From positions 12,028,001 to 12,092,000 of the forward strand of contig OZ176050.1 in NCBI GenBank assembly GCA_964247055.1: DNA of 64,000 nt, given 5' to 3'. Below, piece after piece: positions 26,301 to 39,771 of this stretch. Made by a program: the position numbers and the translations under genes. Source of the DNA: Paragordius varius (lineage: Eukaryota > Animalia > Nematomorpha). The notes beneath the pieces are model-generated. The model worked only from the letters and a program-made list of their open reading frames with translations, was not told the origin of the DNA and searched no databases. Position 1 is the stretch's first letter. Every line of letters starts with the position of its first letter.

Positions 26301-29300
26301 ACAACCAATTCATCTTATCCAAATTTATGGAATCAAAATAATAAGAGCTGTAACCGATTTTAGCTTCGGAACCGCGGATTTTGAAACCAGGAGAATATAG
26401 TTTTTAAAAGGAATTAATTCCGTACTCAGTTCTGGAACTTTCGGAAAAAAGACTGTTTTCAATTTTTCTAAACTTTGTAACCAGTTTTTATAGAAACTTA
26501 TATTTTTATTTCTCTTAATTCAAAACAATTTTTCAATATCAAATTTTTTCGATAGCTTATATTAGGCATTATGTTTAATACAAAATTTAGCGGTTGTAAA
26601 AATAGTTTATATCATTTCTATATGAATATCTTATTGGGTTTTATTTCGGATATAAGTTAACCAAATAAAACATATGCCAATTTTATAAAGTTACTTTGAA
26701 AATATAAACTAACGTTTATGTTTGTGTCGGATTAAACCTATTAAAAGGTATACATTTGTTAATATATTTTTTTAAATATTTAAGCACTTTATTCATTTAT
26801 AAAACTTTATCAAAATCTTTGTAATAGATGTGATTATAAAAATAACGGTAAACTTGTTCAAAAAACATAGTAATATTTGTTGATAAATGATTGAAAAGGT
26901 TTACTCTCAATTATGTTTGTTTTAGATTAGCTCATAAATCGTAATTAATTTTACGCATAGTAGAAAATTTTAACCGCATAAGATCGGAAGAAGCGGAATC
27001 AAAAATTTTGGAAAAGATCTTATTTTATTGACAAACTTTATAAATACCAAAATTATGATCGAAACTGGTTTTTAATAAAACATGTTACAAGCAGTACCAA
27101 ATTTTGACTCTGTTTCTTACCATAATTAAGTTATTGCTACTATTAAATTATTTAATGCCCCAAACTTTGGATAAAATATAATTTTGTTCTAATTTTATTT
27201 TGAATAGTGTAAATCACCAGCTAGAATCTGTAAAAAAATAAGTGATGTTAAATATAAAGAAAATTTAATACAAGGTTTCAGCTGCTATGTAAAATCGGTT
27301 TATAATATTGTTATTTCGGATAAAAATGGCTAAAAAACTTTGTTAATTAATAAATATGACTGATATACACAAAATAATATGTTCATTTTCAAATAAGCTT
27401 CGATATTTTTGAGCCAAGAGTCTAAATTGCAATAATCATATTTTAGCTATAAAGCATTGCATTAATCGTGTATAATTAATGTTAAAATGTAAATAATATT
27501 AACAGTACCCGTTTTTCTAAAATAGTTTTTATACCCTGCTTAATTAACTTGCATTAAAACATGTGATAAACCCGATCGGTGCACGACATGTAAATAAATT
27601 TAAAATATCATTCCAAATTTTACACTTATAAATTATAAAGCTTATATTTTTATTTATAAATATTTTATGCTGTATATTCTAAAAAAAAACTTATATTTCA
27701 TTTTTAATTCTCAGCTATATCGTATTCAATATAAAATTAATGTCGTTTATAAAACTAAGCTTTTAGGCATACTAATACTTTAGTTATATTTTCGCATCTA
27801 TAAGTCCATACACAAATTTTAGAAAATTTTTGGTTTTGCGCAAGGTTTTAGTCACTTTGATTAATAAAAAAACAAAAATAAAAAATATTGACTGCTTAAA
27901 ATTAGTTTTTGTGTTTTTTTACCTTTTTTGTTAACCCCAAGATATTGAGTTTTTCTGGAAATCGGGTTATGCATAAAATTTAATATAAATATTTTTTTAA
28001 CATAACATACATTGCAATATATATCAAAATAATCTGGTTTAATCATTTGGCCTCTAACAAAAATGAGTTTAACATATGCGTTAATTTCCGATTTATCGAT
28101 TTCAAAATCTAAATTTAATTTAATGACTCCAGCAAAACCAAAAGTATAATGAGAATCCAAATTAATTCTCTACCAGATAATATCAACATTCGTATAATAA
28201 TTATAAATTCCCCGTGTAAGGGACAATGATTATATCATGATTGGAAATGTGATCGGACTCAAATAGTTTCATTTTATATGTCATCTCGCTTATCTAGAAT
28301 CCTGCTAATGCACTAAACTTTTTGTATGAGTTATCTCAAATAAATCAAACTATTATTATTTTGGATATTTAGCTTGTTTGGGTATACTTTCTATGAATGA
28401 AAAATTCCCCAAGACATTAGTCTGTATAAAGGATTGCTAAAAATATTTTTATTAAATCTAAAAAATATAATGATATATAATTTAGACCCTAAAAAGGTAT
28501 AAAAAAAGGTTAATAGCAGTTGACATATTTCTAAGGTTCAATAACATTTGCCTTGGGATGTCATGAACTTCTCTTTTCATTTTTTACTTTAACTTTTTCT
28601 TAATATCTCCAAAGTATACTAATAATAAACCTTAATATTTTATTTTGGAAATATCCCAAAATAGAATATTCATATATAATTTTTCTGTATCTGGAAAGGC
28701 AATTTTCTGTTTGCATGGTAAGAGAGGAAGGTTATTTGAGGTACAATAAACTTCAAATGCATAATAATTTTTTACATCTCCAATAATAATAATAATAAAA
28801 GGCTTTATGAAAATGAACTTTTAGTTACTTTTATAATAATTTTAATAAGATTGTCACCCTTTCAGGGATATTGGTGCTAAGAAAATAAAATTTTTAAATG
28901 CCAAAAAACTTTTTTTCCTTAGAAAATTTTTTTTATTGTCATTAAAATATTCAACATGCTATAATGTTGTTTTATAGTTTGAACTGAACTCTATTAAAAG
29001 TACAATGTATTCAAATTTAAAAAAATGATAAAAAAACTAATGTTTTATCGTAAGGGGTTTTACCCCCCATAATATAATATTTTATATATGTTAATAATTT
29101 TCATCACAGATAGCCATGTTTTATCTAAGAGTACATATGTATTTGACAAAATGCTATGCAGTAATATCTATTCATTTACATATTTAACCTTTTAGTGTTG
29201 TCAAAAAAAATTTGGGTGTGAGGTAATGATAGGTTCAAACATTCGTTCTCATTATTTTCATTAGATCCTTGGTAATGAATAAGTTAGCCTTAGAGAACAA

Positions 29301-32300
29301 TTATGTGTAATTTTTTGACACTTTTCTTAGAATTCTAAATTACTAATTTTTTTACTTTCATCAGAACTTGCATATATACTGTAAAAAATTGGATACGTTT
29401 CGATATAGGTAGTATGCAGGCAGGTAGTAAGTACATTGAACTAGTAAAAAAAGTTTTGTCCTTTACTAATAATATCCTACTAACAACTTTCCTTAATATC
29501 GCGTTGTTATATCAGGAGGGAATTTACATAGGATTTAATCAATTATTTCTCTAAAGACAGTCCGTACCAGTTTGTCTTAGCCTGCGTATAATTTTATTTC
29601 TAGGAATATGCTTCTTCGAGTGTATTTTATCAAATAAAATTACCAGGTTGTTTCACGGTACTGTATTTCTTCATTTATCGATAAAAAACATATTTGATTT
29701 AAATGGTTCTTTAAGGTGAAAAAGTTAATCTAGTTCAATAGGTTACAGGGTATTCATCTTTTGAATAATAATAATAATCAATATATAAGCAAAGATTTGT
29801 TTTTAATATACATATTTATACTATAGCTTATGACCTTTTTTGTATCTCTTGCTTATGATATAAAATGTTCTCCTGTCCTTTTAACAATCCATTTCTTTAA
29901 TCTATGAACTGCTTAGTATTGAACTGATACAAATATACTCAACTTTATATAAAAGTTGAAATATTTCAAATTTTTACCATTTTTCCGATACTATAACACT
30001 TATTCCATTATTTTTTCAATAAAATATTTTAATAAAATTCTTTGAATTATATATAATTTGTAACACTTAAAGACTTTTAATCCAGACAGGATTATTTATT
30101 ATAATAAAAAGAAACGCGAAAAGTAATTTGTTTAATTATATATATACAATATAATTGCAACAAAAAGTTATTGAAAAATATATTGTAGTGATTAATTGGT
30201 GGGGAGAGTTCATAACGGTCAAAGGTCATCATTTCAAGTTTTTGGAGCCAAAATTGAACTTTATATACACATATTTATCAAATCTTGAACTTTTTAATCA
30301 CTTAATAATATATATATATAAATTAACGAAAGTTATTTCAAAGTGTTTTTTATCTGTAGAAAACAACTTTGTTATTATATTACTGTATTAATTTTAAGTA
30401 TTACAGTATACAGTAAGTGTTAGATAATCTCACAGCAGAGGGTATTTTCTGTAGTATTCACACACACTAGTAATTTTAAATATAGTCATTTAAAATCCCG
30501 CCTAACATGCTTAAAAAAATAAAAAGTGTTTATATATTACTTGATTTTAATAATAATGAAAATTCAAGTTTTATGACATGTATTTAGTTAGCCAAATATC
30601 ATATGGATAAATTAAGATATACAGTATGAGTAAGTATACTTTCCTAAAAAGAATTTAATAATTGCCAAATAGCATATACAACAAAGGGCAATATTATTGA
30701 CTTATAGTAACTTTTTTCACTTTTTACTATTATTAGCCAATAATAATTCTCTTTGCTGCATATGTTATTTAGCAATAATAAATAACTTTCTAGCATACTG
30801 TAATTTTATCCGAGTTTTTTTTGCGAAAAAATAGGTAATGAAAGAGATACAACATCCTTTTACATGTTTTTGTATGGTACAGTTTTTATCAAAATATATT
30901 AGTAAAAATAAGCTGACTGATGTGACATACTTTAGCGCGAATCGTACAAAAAAGTTGATACATTGTCACACCTCAATGGTGTGTTTGTTTCACAAACGAA
31001 AGAAATAAATTATAAATTAACCTTGTGTGATATATGCCAAAATGTACTTTTGACGTTATATAATTTATACCTTATTTAACAATATTATGAAAACATTTGA
31101 AACGGTTAAATTATCATAAAAAATGACCCCTTATCAATCAAGTTAATGATGTGATATGTGTGAAAATTTAAAAAAGTACACTATATGCATTAATATAAGA
31201 TTTTTACAAATATAATGTTTAAAAATAGGGTTAACGAATCATCGACCCCTCATTAGTATGGGTATCTAGAAAAGTATAAATGAACATTATTCAAAAAAAA
31301 CGGTAAAATAACTGCCATATTTGGATTATGTGAAAATAAAAAACAATCCAAGCTTTATTTCTTATATTGACAATTTATAGTTTTTTTAGTCTTTGTTTTC
31401 TAATATTAATTATAACTGTTTTATATTGCAAACAGTGAAATGAATTTGCATAACTCAGCATAATTTTACGGAAGAGGGATGAAAAAAAGAAAAAATGCTG
31501 AAGTAAGTATATTTCACAGGTAAAAAGATATATATACGTATCATCGTGTCTGTCTTTATAGAAAAACAAGGAAAAAGGTACATAAGCACATTTATAATAA
31601 GGATAATAAAAACATCTTTTATAATAATTTCTATCCTTTTTAAGGATTCGATATACTGTTATTTTTGCAACATTGTAATAATAATTGTTATAATGTACTT
31701 TTTTTACGAGAAAGAGGAGGCGCTTAAACACAAAATTTTTAGGGAAAAAAACATGCATGCAAATTTAAATTTTAAAAAGATATAGATAAATATAGTTAAT
31801 TATTTAAAATGAATTATACACGGGTAGCGACTATTTTATGGAAATCAATCGCACGATTTCTTAAGGAAATTATATTAAATAAGAATCTTATTTGTTGTTG
31901 AAACCAATATATCAATATGAATATGATGGTATTTGAGGGTGTGTTACACAATAAATATCATATCAATATTTTTATTGTTAATTAAATATAGTTTATATTT
32001 GTATATATTTATATAGAGTTTATCGCCCTACTGACTATGAACTTTTTTTCCCTCTGCTTTAAAATAATCAGTTATCATTTAATATAATAAAGTACACGAA
32101 ATATCGGCAAAAAATGTAATTTATTCCTAATATATATGCTTACTCAGATAGATCAAAATTACGGTGTATGCAATATAGAGAAAAAAGTAATCTACCTATC
32201 TAATCCAAATCAAAGAGAATGGAGTTCAATAAAAAAAATAAAAACGGTTGTCAGGTGATTATACGCCCAATAATATTGCATGAGCTTTTTGCTTTCATTG

Positions 32301-33045
32301 TGTTAAAAAAGGTATAAAAATTTTGGATATTTACGAATTTACTAAGATTGCACAATATAATTATAATTAACCTTTAAATTTACTCTTTCAAATCAAAATC
32401 AAGTCAGCTATTCTCGTTATCCAAAAAAACCAAAAAAAATACTTAACTTAAAATCAATCACTCTTGATGAAAATTTGTCAATTGCGTTAAAACATTGAAA
32501 CAAATTATTTTACCCTTACAATATCAAATCATTAATATATCCTTGTTTTATATATGTATATAAATATATTAAATAATCTGTGAAATATTAATGATACTGT
32601 TGTATAATAATTACTATTTGTGATTAAAAAAATTTGTTTTATCAATTGAATTCAATTTTATTTAATAATATTAAAGTTATCTCCACTAAACATAACATTA
32701 CATTGTATGTGTATACCTATAATATACTTAAAAAACCATTTTGTTCTTACATACTTTTATTTAGTATAAGGTAAAAAAGTTTATATATATACTATATAAT
32801 ATTATTTTACGATGCTCATCATATGTGTCACACACCACTAACGAGATATAAATTGAACCATTTTCGATGACCAAATCAATTTTATCATTTTTAACTTCAC
32901 GGTTTCAAACTAATATATATTATCACTTCATATACTCATTCGCCTCTCTTAAAATTAATAAACCTTCTCAAAACAATATTTTATAAATCGTGATTAACAA
33001 CATTTAATTCCGCTAACAAGCACACCCACATATAATATAACAAAA

Positions 33046-35643
33046 ATGAACTTCCAAGATTTCAATTTCTATACTAAAACAGAAACCGATAAAACTAACC
33101 AAAACAATATTTACAATCACAATACAAATAACAATACTGAAAGCGAAACAAACGGTGGTACTGACATTGAAACCATTTACAAAAAATATGTGAAAAGTAT
33201 TGAGGAAGCTCATGTATGGAAAAAAATTCTGTACCCAGGATTTTATTTTAAACCACAAGTCCTTGACCAAATTCAAAGGTTTAAAGTTCGACCGGATGAT
33301 ATTATTATAGCAACATTCCCTAAATCAGGTAACATCTTTATTTTTTTTAATAATTGTTTTTCTAACTAGAAAGAAAATATGCTTACCTTTTCATTAACCA
33401 AATGAAGTTGACACTAGATGAATTTCGTTGATAATATATTATAGTAGTTGGACCAATTTTAAAAAATTTTTATTCGACAAAGATTGAACAATTTTACTCA
33501 AAAATTATTAATAACTTTTATTTTGCAATTAACCTCTTTAAATTTAATTATTTTTCCCATCTTGATTTTTTTCCAATTCGCCATTTCTGTTTATAAAGTT
33601 TTTTTTTAATTATTTTATGTCTTTTAAAGGTACAACTTGGACTGCCGAGATAGTTTCACTTATTAGAAGCCGAGTTAATTTAGATTATGTCCGAAGCTTA
33701 GATGTTTCGGATCGTGTCGTTCACCTAGAAACACCCCCTAATATGTCCCTCGAATGTTGGGACAAATTAGAGTCCCCACGGATATTTGGAACGCATTTAC
33801 CATATCATCTTTTACCCACAACAATTAAACAAATGCCCTGTAAAGTATGAGATTAATCTTTTTGAGTTTTTTGGACTACATGGATAAAATTTATTTAATT
33901 TATTTAGTATAAATTTTATATAATATAACAGACAAAATATTTTCTTAAATTGCATTTTAGTTTCTTACTTGTTAACACTCATTAGTAGGTATTTTGAGGT
34001 CGTATTTATAAAATTTTAGAGATTGGGCCACCACGTTAAAATGATATTCAATCTCAAGCCTAAAATTTGGAAATTAGTGAAAAATATTTTTTTACACATG
34101 CATTAAATATGTTAATTTTGAGTAATCTGTTACTTTTTTAAAAAAAAATTATTAAATTATCAGAATTAATATAACCAAAAAAATCATTCTTATAGGTTAT
34201 TTATGTTATGCGGAACCCAAAAGACGTAGCTGTATCCTTTTTCCATCATCATCGAATGGCTAAAGATCTAGGCAATTTTTCAGGGTCATTCAAAGAATTT
34301 CTCAAGCTTTTCACGGCAGGAAAAAGTAAAATTATAATTAATTAACCCTCATAAATTTTTATACTAATTACCCCTCTACGTTAAAAAGTAAAAAAAGTCC
34401 CCTAAAAAACCTTACTATATTAAACGTCATTTTACATTTTTTGACATTTATATTCCCCTCCATTTTATCAAAACTTTAGCTGTTGTAAAAAAATGAGTTA
34501 TACAATTTATTATCTTTATAATTGTATATAAAAAACTAATTATTATGCAAAAAAGTTATTATAAAGTACTTACGTCATCACGCCTTTTAATGTTAACTAA
34601 ACTCAAAATGACAAATTTCGTTTTTTTTGCTTTGACTGTAATTATATTAAGGTATTTTTTTACTTAATTTGGTGAATTTGGATCACGTAGATGATATTAA
34701 ATTTAAGGTATATAATACATTTTCGAAATATTTCACCCCTATACTATTACAACGATATAGGGTTCAGAGTTCAAATTACATATAAACTTTTTTTCCCTTT
34801 CTAAGTGACATATAATAATGAAGGGTACACCAGGGTTTAAGGGCTTGATTATACGTTTTGTGCATGTTTAAGCGTTGGTTCTAAATTTATTTTTTCTATA
34901 AAATTTTATTACAGCTGTGTGTGGATCCTGGTTTGATCATGTAACAGGGTATTGGAATCAAAATGAAAAGAATATACTTTTCCTACGGTTTGAAGATATG
35001 AAAAAGGTAATATATAAGTCAGATGATATTTTTGAATCGCAAAATTTATCATTTTTATTATATTTAAAACCTAATTCAAATTGTTCAGAATTTTGGTGCC
35101 AACATTGAACGTATCGCCAATTTCATTAATGTCCCACTTGACAGAGAACAAATTGATCAGGTCTCTCACCATTGTTCCTTCGAAGTTATGAAGCACAACG
35201 AAAAGGCCAATAGAAATTGGATACCAACGTTTGACAAAAGCAAGGGACATTTCATGAGAAAAGGTAAGTTAAAATATTTGTCAAATTTTTAATTATTTTT
35301 ATTGTTATATATATTTAATAAGTAATGATTATATTTGTATAAACTGATGATATATCATTTTTTTATATTAGGTCAAGTTGGGGACTGGAAAAATCATTTT
35401 GACGCAGAGGATAACCAATATTTTATGCAAGTGTTCAAGCAAAAAATGCAACATTGCAAAAATTTGAACTTTGAATGGGAGTCTCAGCCTCACACTTCAT
35501 TTCAAGATACTTCAGAAAGTCCCTTAACTTCAAAAATGTCGTTTTCAACACCTTATCGCCTTAATTCCTTGGATTCCAAACCAACCCTACCCACTCATCA
35601 ACAACCGACATCGATAAACTTGAATGCACCCATATGTGTTTAA
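33046..35643 (+). CDS. Cytosolic sulfotransferase (SULT1-like) with N- and C-terminal extensions
   Basis: Exons 33046-33328, 33630-33844, 34196-34325, 34915-35006, 35091-35263, 35372-35643. PAPS motifs TFPKSGTTW, VIYVMRNPKDVAVSFFHH, GSWFDHV, FMRKGQVGDWKNHF. Confidence 0.96.
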
Positions 35644-37935
35644 GTAGTACTGCTTTCCAACCCATTAAATAGTCTTCCACTCAAATACATAATACTTTTT
35701 CATTTTAATGGAACTTTGGCTATATTATGTTAAATACAAAACCATTGCAAATGCTCACATTTTGCATTTCAAGCGCATAACATATTATTTGTTGATATTA
35801 TTTCTTTTAGGATATCCCAATAGTCAAATGAACATGTAATACCTTATTGAAATACTAAGCCATGACTATAATATGGTGTGTTCATGGTGCTTAAAAATTA
35901 AAATTTTAGTTCAGAAAATTATATCTGAGCCTTACCTGTAAATATGATCTCTTTCTATATAATAATTAATTTAACCATACACATATCATTACATATTTAA
36001 ACAGGACCTTAGATTTACTTTTTTTCTTTTTAGTTTTAAAGAACATGCAAAATACAATTAACTACATTTAATTTTTATCCGGCTTAAAAGCGACAATTTT
36101 GTTTCCATATCATTATTATATTCTATGGCAATTGCTGATACTTGCACAACACACACACCTCTACCTATGCATAATATAATAGCGATCTTAATAATATATT
36201 TCTAACATAATTATATAAATTGTAATAAATTTATTTCATTGATTTATTATTTTAAAGGTATGTTTGCGTAACAAGACCCCTAAATGTATTTTATTTGCAT
36301 GCAATTTTAAGGTAATTAAAGAATCAAAACATCCTGTATTATATCTATTAAAACAGGTTTAGTGATTATAGTTGTATAATCTAAAACCGCTCCATATGCT
36401 AATTTATAATTACTTTCTATTCATTTTAATTTTTTTGAAAAACACTGAGTTTTTAAAAAATAAGCCGCTGGCGTATTAACTGTAAACTCGATATTACAAA
36501 TTAAAAAAAATATGCATATTTATTAAACTATATCCACTTCTTTCCCTTTCTTAGTTAGTCTTAACACACCATAATAGTCAACTGTAAAGCGTATTTTGGG
36601 GTATTGTATTTATTTCTCTTGTATGGCTTTTGTTTCTTTTCAGATTCTAAAATATAATAATTGTAAAATATTATTGAAATCACCTACGTGTGCTCCTAGT
36701 CTTGTTCATTTCTGAGTGGATATAACCACAGGAGAATTTAAAATCTACAATTGAATAAATAAAAACAATCGCTATTTATGGAATGTGATGCGTTTTTGGA
36801 TATATCATACTGTCCCTTTTGCCCGTTCTCAATTCGGACTAGCAGTTGAAACTGTAAAAAGTGCTCTCTTACTTTTTGTGAAGAAAAAAATGAAATTTTA
36901 GTGGTCACATGAGTAGGGAAATGATGGCATGGGAAAATTTTAAAAAATTTCAAATTTCGCCTGTGCCGCCACCAAAGGCTTAGAAAATACTAATACATGT
37001 GCTGTAAACGGTTATAAAATGATATAATTAATTATGGTATTAGAAGGGGTGAAAACGTTCTAGATTTTCAAAGCTATGATCGGATAGGGGGCAAAACAAG
37101 ATTTATTTAATAAAAAAGTTCCGTTAGCGCAAACATGGATAAAATATAACACCCGGTTATAAAATATAAAAGAATGAGAAATATTTGAAACTTCTATTGT
37201 CGCCTTTAACGTGTTGCTATCTTTGACGCGGACTAAATCAGAAAAGCGTTCGTTGTTTTGCGGCACAGTTTAAAAATGATCGTGTCTATCATTATCAATT
37301 GTAATCGATTCAATCTTTTAAAGCTATTGTGACTTTTTGTCGGTTCAAACTCTGACTAGCATTGGGCAGAATAGCAATCACATAAAACGTTCTTACCTGT
37401 ACACAAACATAAATCAGACCGACTAGAATTTTATATAATATGATTTATCGACGTTTTAAATATTAAGCTATGTTGTAGTGCTGATTCAGTACATATCTTT
37501 AGTGCGCAAATTTGCATGAATGATACTCACAAAATCGAACACCGAGGAAAATCTATGTTTTTATTGTCCCTTATAGCCCTTTCCACCTCGACGGGCTTCG
37601 TTAGATAAGGAACGTCCGTTACTCTATACAACATAAATTATGCATTATTGCTATATATCAGATGGTGATTGTTTATGTAAATGCAAAAAATCTATTATAG
37701 CTATAGTTTTTAGTCCGTTTATACCTCTGAATATAAATAATATATGAATACAACTGGTTATTTATAATCTAACGGCATTATCAAAAACTTTGGGACTTAA
37801 TTACACAAATTTTCCGTCGCTTTCATTGCAAACTTAAATGAAGGAGTATCTTTCAAAAAATGATCCAATACGTTCTCGAGAAATTCTTACAAATCTCTAT
37901 ACATTTTGCTCTTCAAACCCCTGTGTGATGCTGTA

Positions 37936-39066
37936 TTAAGTGGTTAATTCTTTTAAACTGCCCGTCACACACTGGGCTTCTAGAGATTTCGCCTATCTCA
38001 CAAGTAAAATGCCAATGCCATGCCAGAAACACTGATTGTCTTTTGGTGATTACCATTTATCACGTCTTCATTTAGATTCAATTGCTGCTCTGCAAGGGTG
38101 TGCCTTATTGATGTCAAGTTGATTAGTCAGATGAGACCATGACAAGAGATAGCGGATGAGACAGGGCCATCAAAACGATTTCAAGGTATCCTTCATTGGT
38201 TTTGCTGTGTGAGACGGATCATTGTCAGTAGCAAAATCACTTTGCCGTCTTTCCGGTTGTTTTCTGATTAATTAGGTTTAACTTTATTATTTGTTGGCGA
38301 TAGTGTTGTGTATTAACGGTTTCAAAAGTTTCAAATAAACAATATCGCTTTGGTCCCAATAAACACAGATTATCCAAAATTTGGCTTTGGTACTGATGTG
38401 CCGACTTGAAAAGGCGAAAGCCACGCTTTTTTACGATTTAGATTTACAAAAAAAGCCAATCCTCATCATCCATTTCAATTCATGACAAAAAATGATTTCC
38501 GTTTGTGACGTTGATGCAGGATTTCACAAGTCACTTTGCGATTTTCGATTTAACGTTTATTCAAAAAATGTGGAATTTATTTACCGAGTTTATATATTTT
38601 TCTATTGTTCGTTAACATCTATTGATTTTTTGTGATATTTGGAATCCTTTTGCCAATTGTTGTTAGGTCTGAGTTGGGTCATCATCCAATAACTCTTACA
38701 GTTTAGCGTCGTCGCAGTCGTGTTGTTTACCAAGGCGCCCACACTCTTTCACGTGAATAATATTTCGAACTCATGTTTCATATGTGTTAATCGATTAGGG
38801 CATGTATACGATATTCTGCCGGCGAACAATAACTTTCAACAACCTTTTCTGATGGAATAAGCAAAGAAATTCGTGCCGCAGATTTTATCTTTCAGGCACA
38901 AAATTCGGCTTGATTATTGAATGAAAAAAATATGGTTTTTTGCGAACTCAACTCTTGTGTATTTGTTGTTGAATGTCTGAAAAATGAGTCTGTATCAAAT
39001 TAATCGTCTACCTTCTTTTCGCCGACATCTTCTTAAAGTTAGGCCGGTGTATATGTTAACACCTGA
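37936..39066 (-). mobile_element. Decayed mariner element (Mos1/mauritiana-like)
   Basis: TA|TCAGGTGTTAAC terminus at 39066; broken frames give NFVPER.NLRHEFLCLFHQK, DDAKL.ELLDDDPTQT.QQLA, ENRKVTCEILHQRHKRKSF, WDQSDIVYLKLLKP, DNDPSHTAKPMKDTL, HTLAEQ. Left TIR is degenerate, so the left boundary is approximate. Confidence 0.88.
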
Positions 39067-39391
39067 TATGACTGGCAATCGATTTTAAATGATTGAAAAA
39101 TTTCTTGATTCAAAGTTGTCTCATTTGGCTTGATCCCAAAAGTTGTAAACAGAGAGGCGACTCTATAGAAAACGTTCCGTTATGCATTCATACCAAAATG
39201 AAATGTAACAGCTTATAATTGAGTTTGAATAATCATTATGAAAAAAAAATCTTTTAAAGCGATTATCGCTTAGTTGTACAAATTTAAAAATGATTCTGTT
39301 TCATGCAACATAATATAAATGCAATTATTATAAGTTCCAGGGCGTCTTCGCAATTCCTCAAACTACTGGTGCTTTTTAGCATATCTGAGCT

Positions 39392-39771
39392 CAGGGACGC
39401 ACCGAGGGGGGGCAAGGGGGGTGCATCATGCCCCGGGCGCCGTTATTTAGGGGCATAATTTTTAAAATTAAATTTTAATTATGCAAAAATAATAAGAATT
39501 TTCAAATGAGACTTTTCAGCATTTTAGGTAATAATCCCTAAAATATATACTCTATTATTCACCTAATTAGTACCATTGAATAAATTTAGTATCATATAAA
39601 AATATATATTTAATAGATTTAAAATTTATATAACTGTGCTGTCTTATCTATGGTGTTTAGGTTACAACGTTTGTATTTTTTTTACTAAATTATTTTATTG
39701 GCTTTTAAAAAAGGGGGGAAGGGCGCCATAAAAGTTTTATGCCCCGGGCGCCGCAAATGCTCGGGCCACTG
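39392..39771. mobile_element. hAT-type MITE, 380 bp
   Basis: Exact 8-bp TSD TCTGAGCT (39384-39391, 39772-39779); ends CAGGGACGCACCGAG / CTCGGGCCACTG; internal repeat ATGCCCCGGGCGCCG twice. Confidence 0.88.

Noticed and set aside
37060-37266. Merlin/IS1595-like transposase fragment
   Set aside because: Only vague resemblance; catalytic motifs and TIRs not found.
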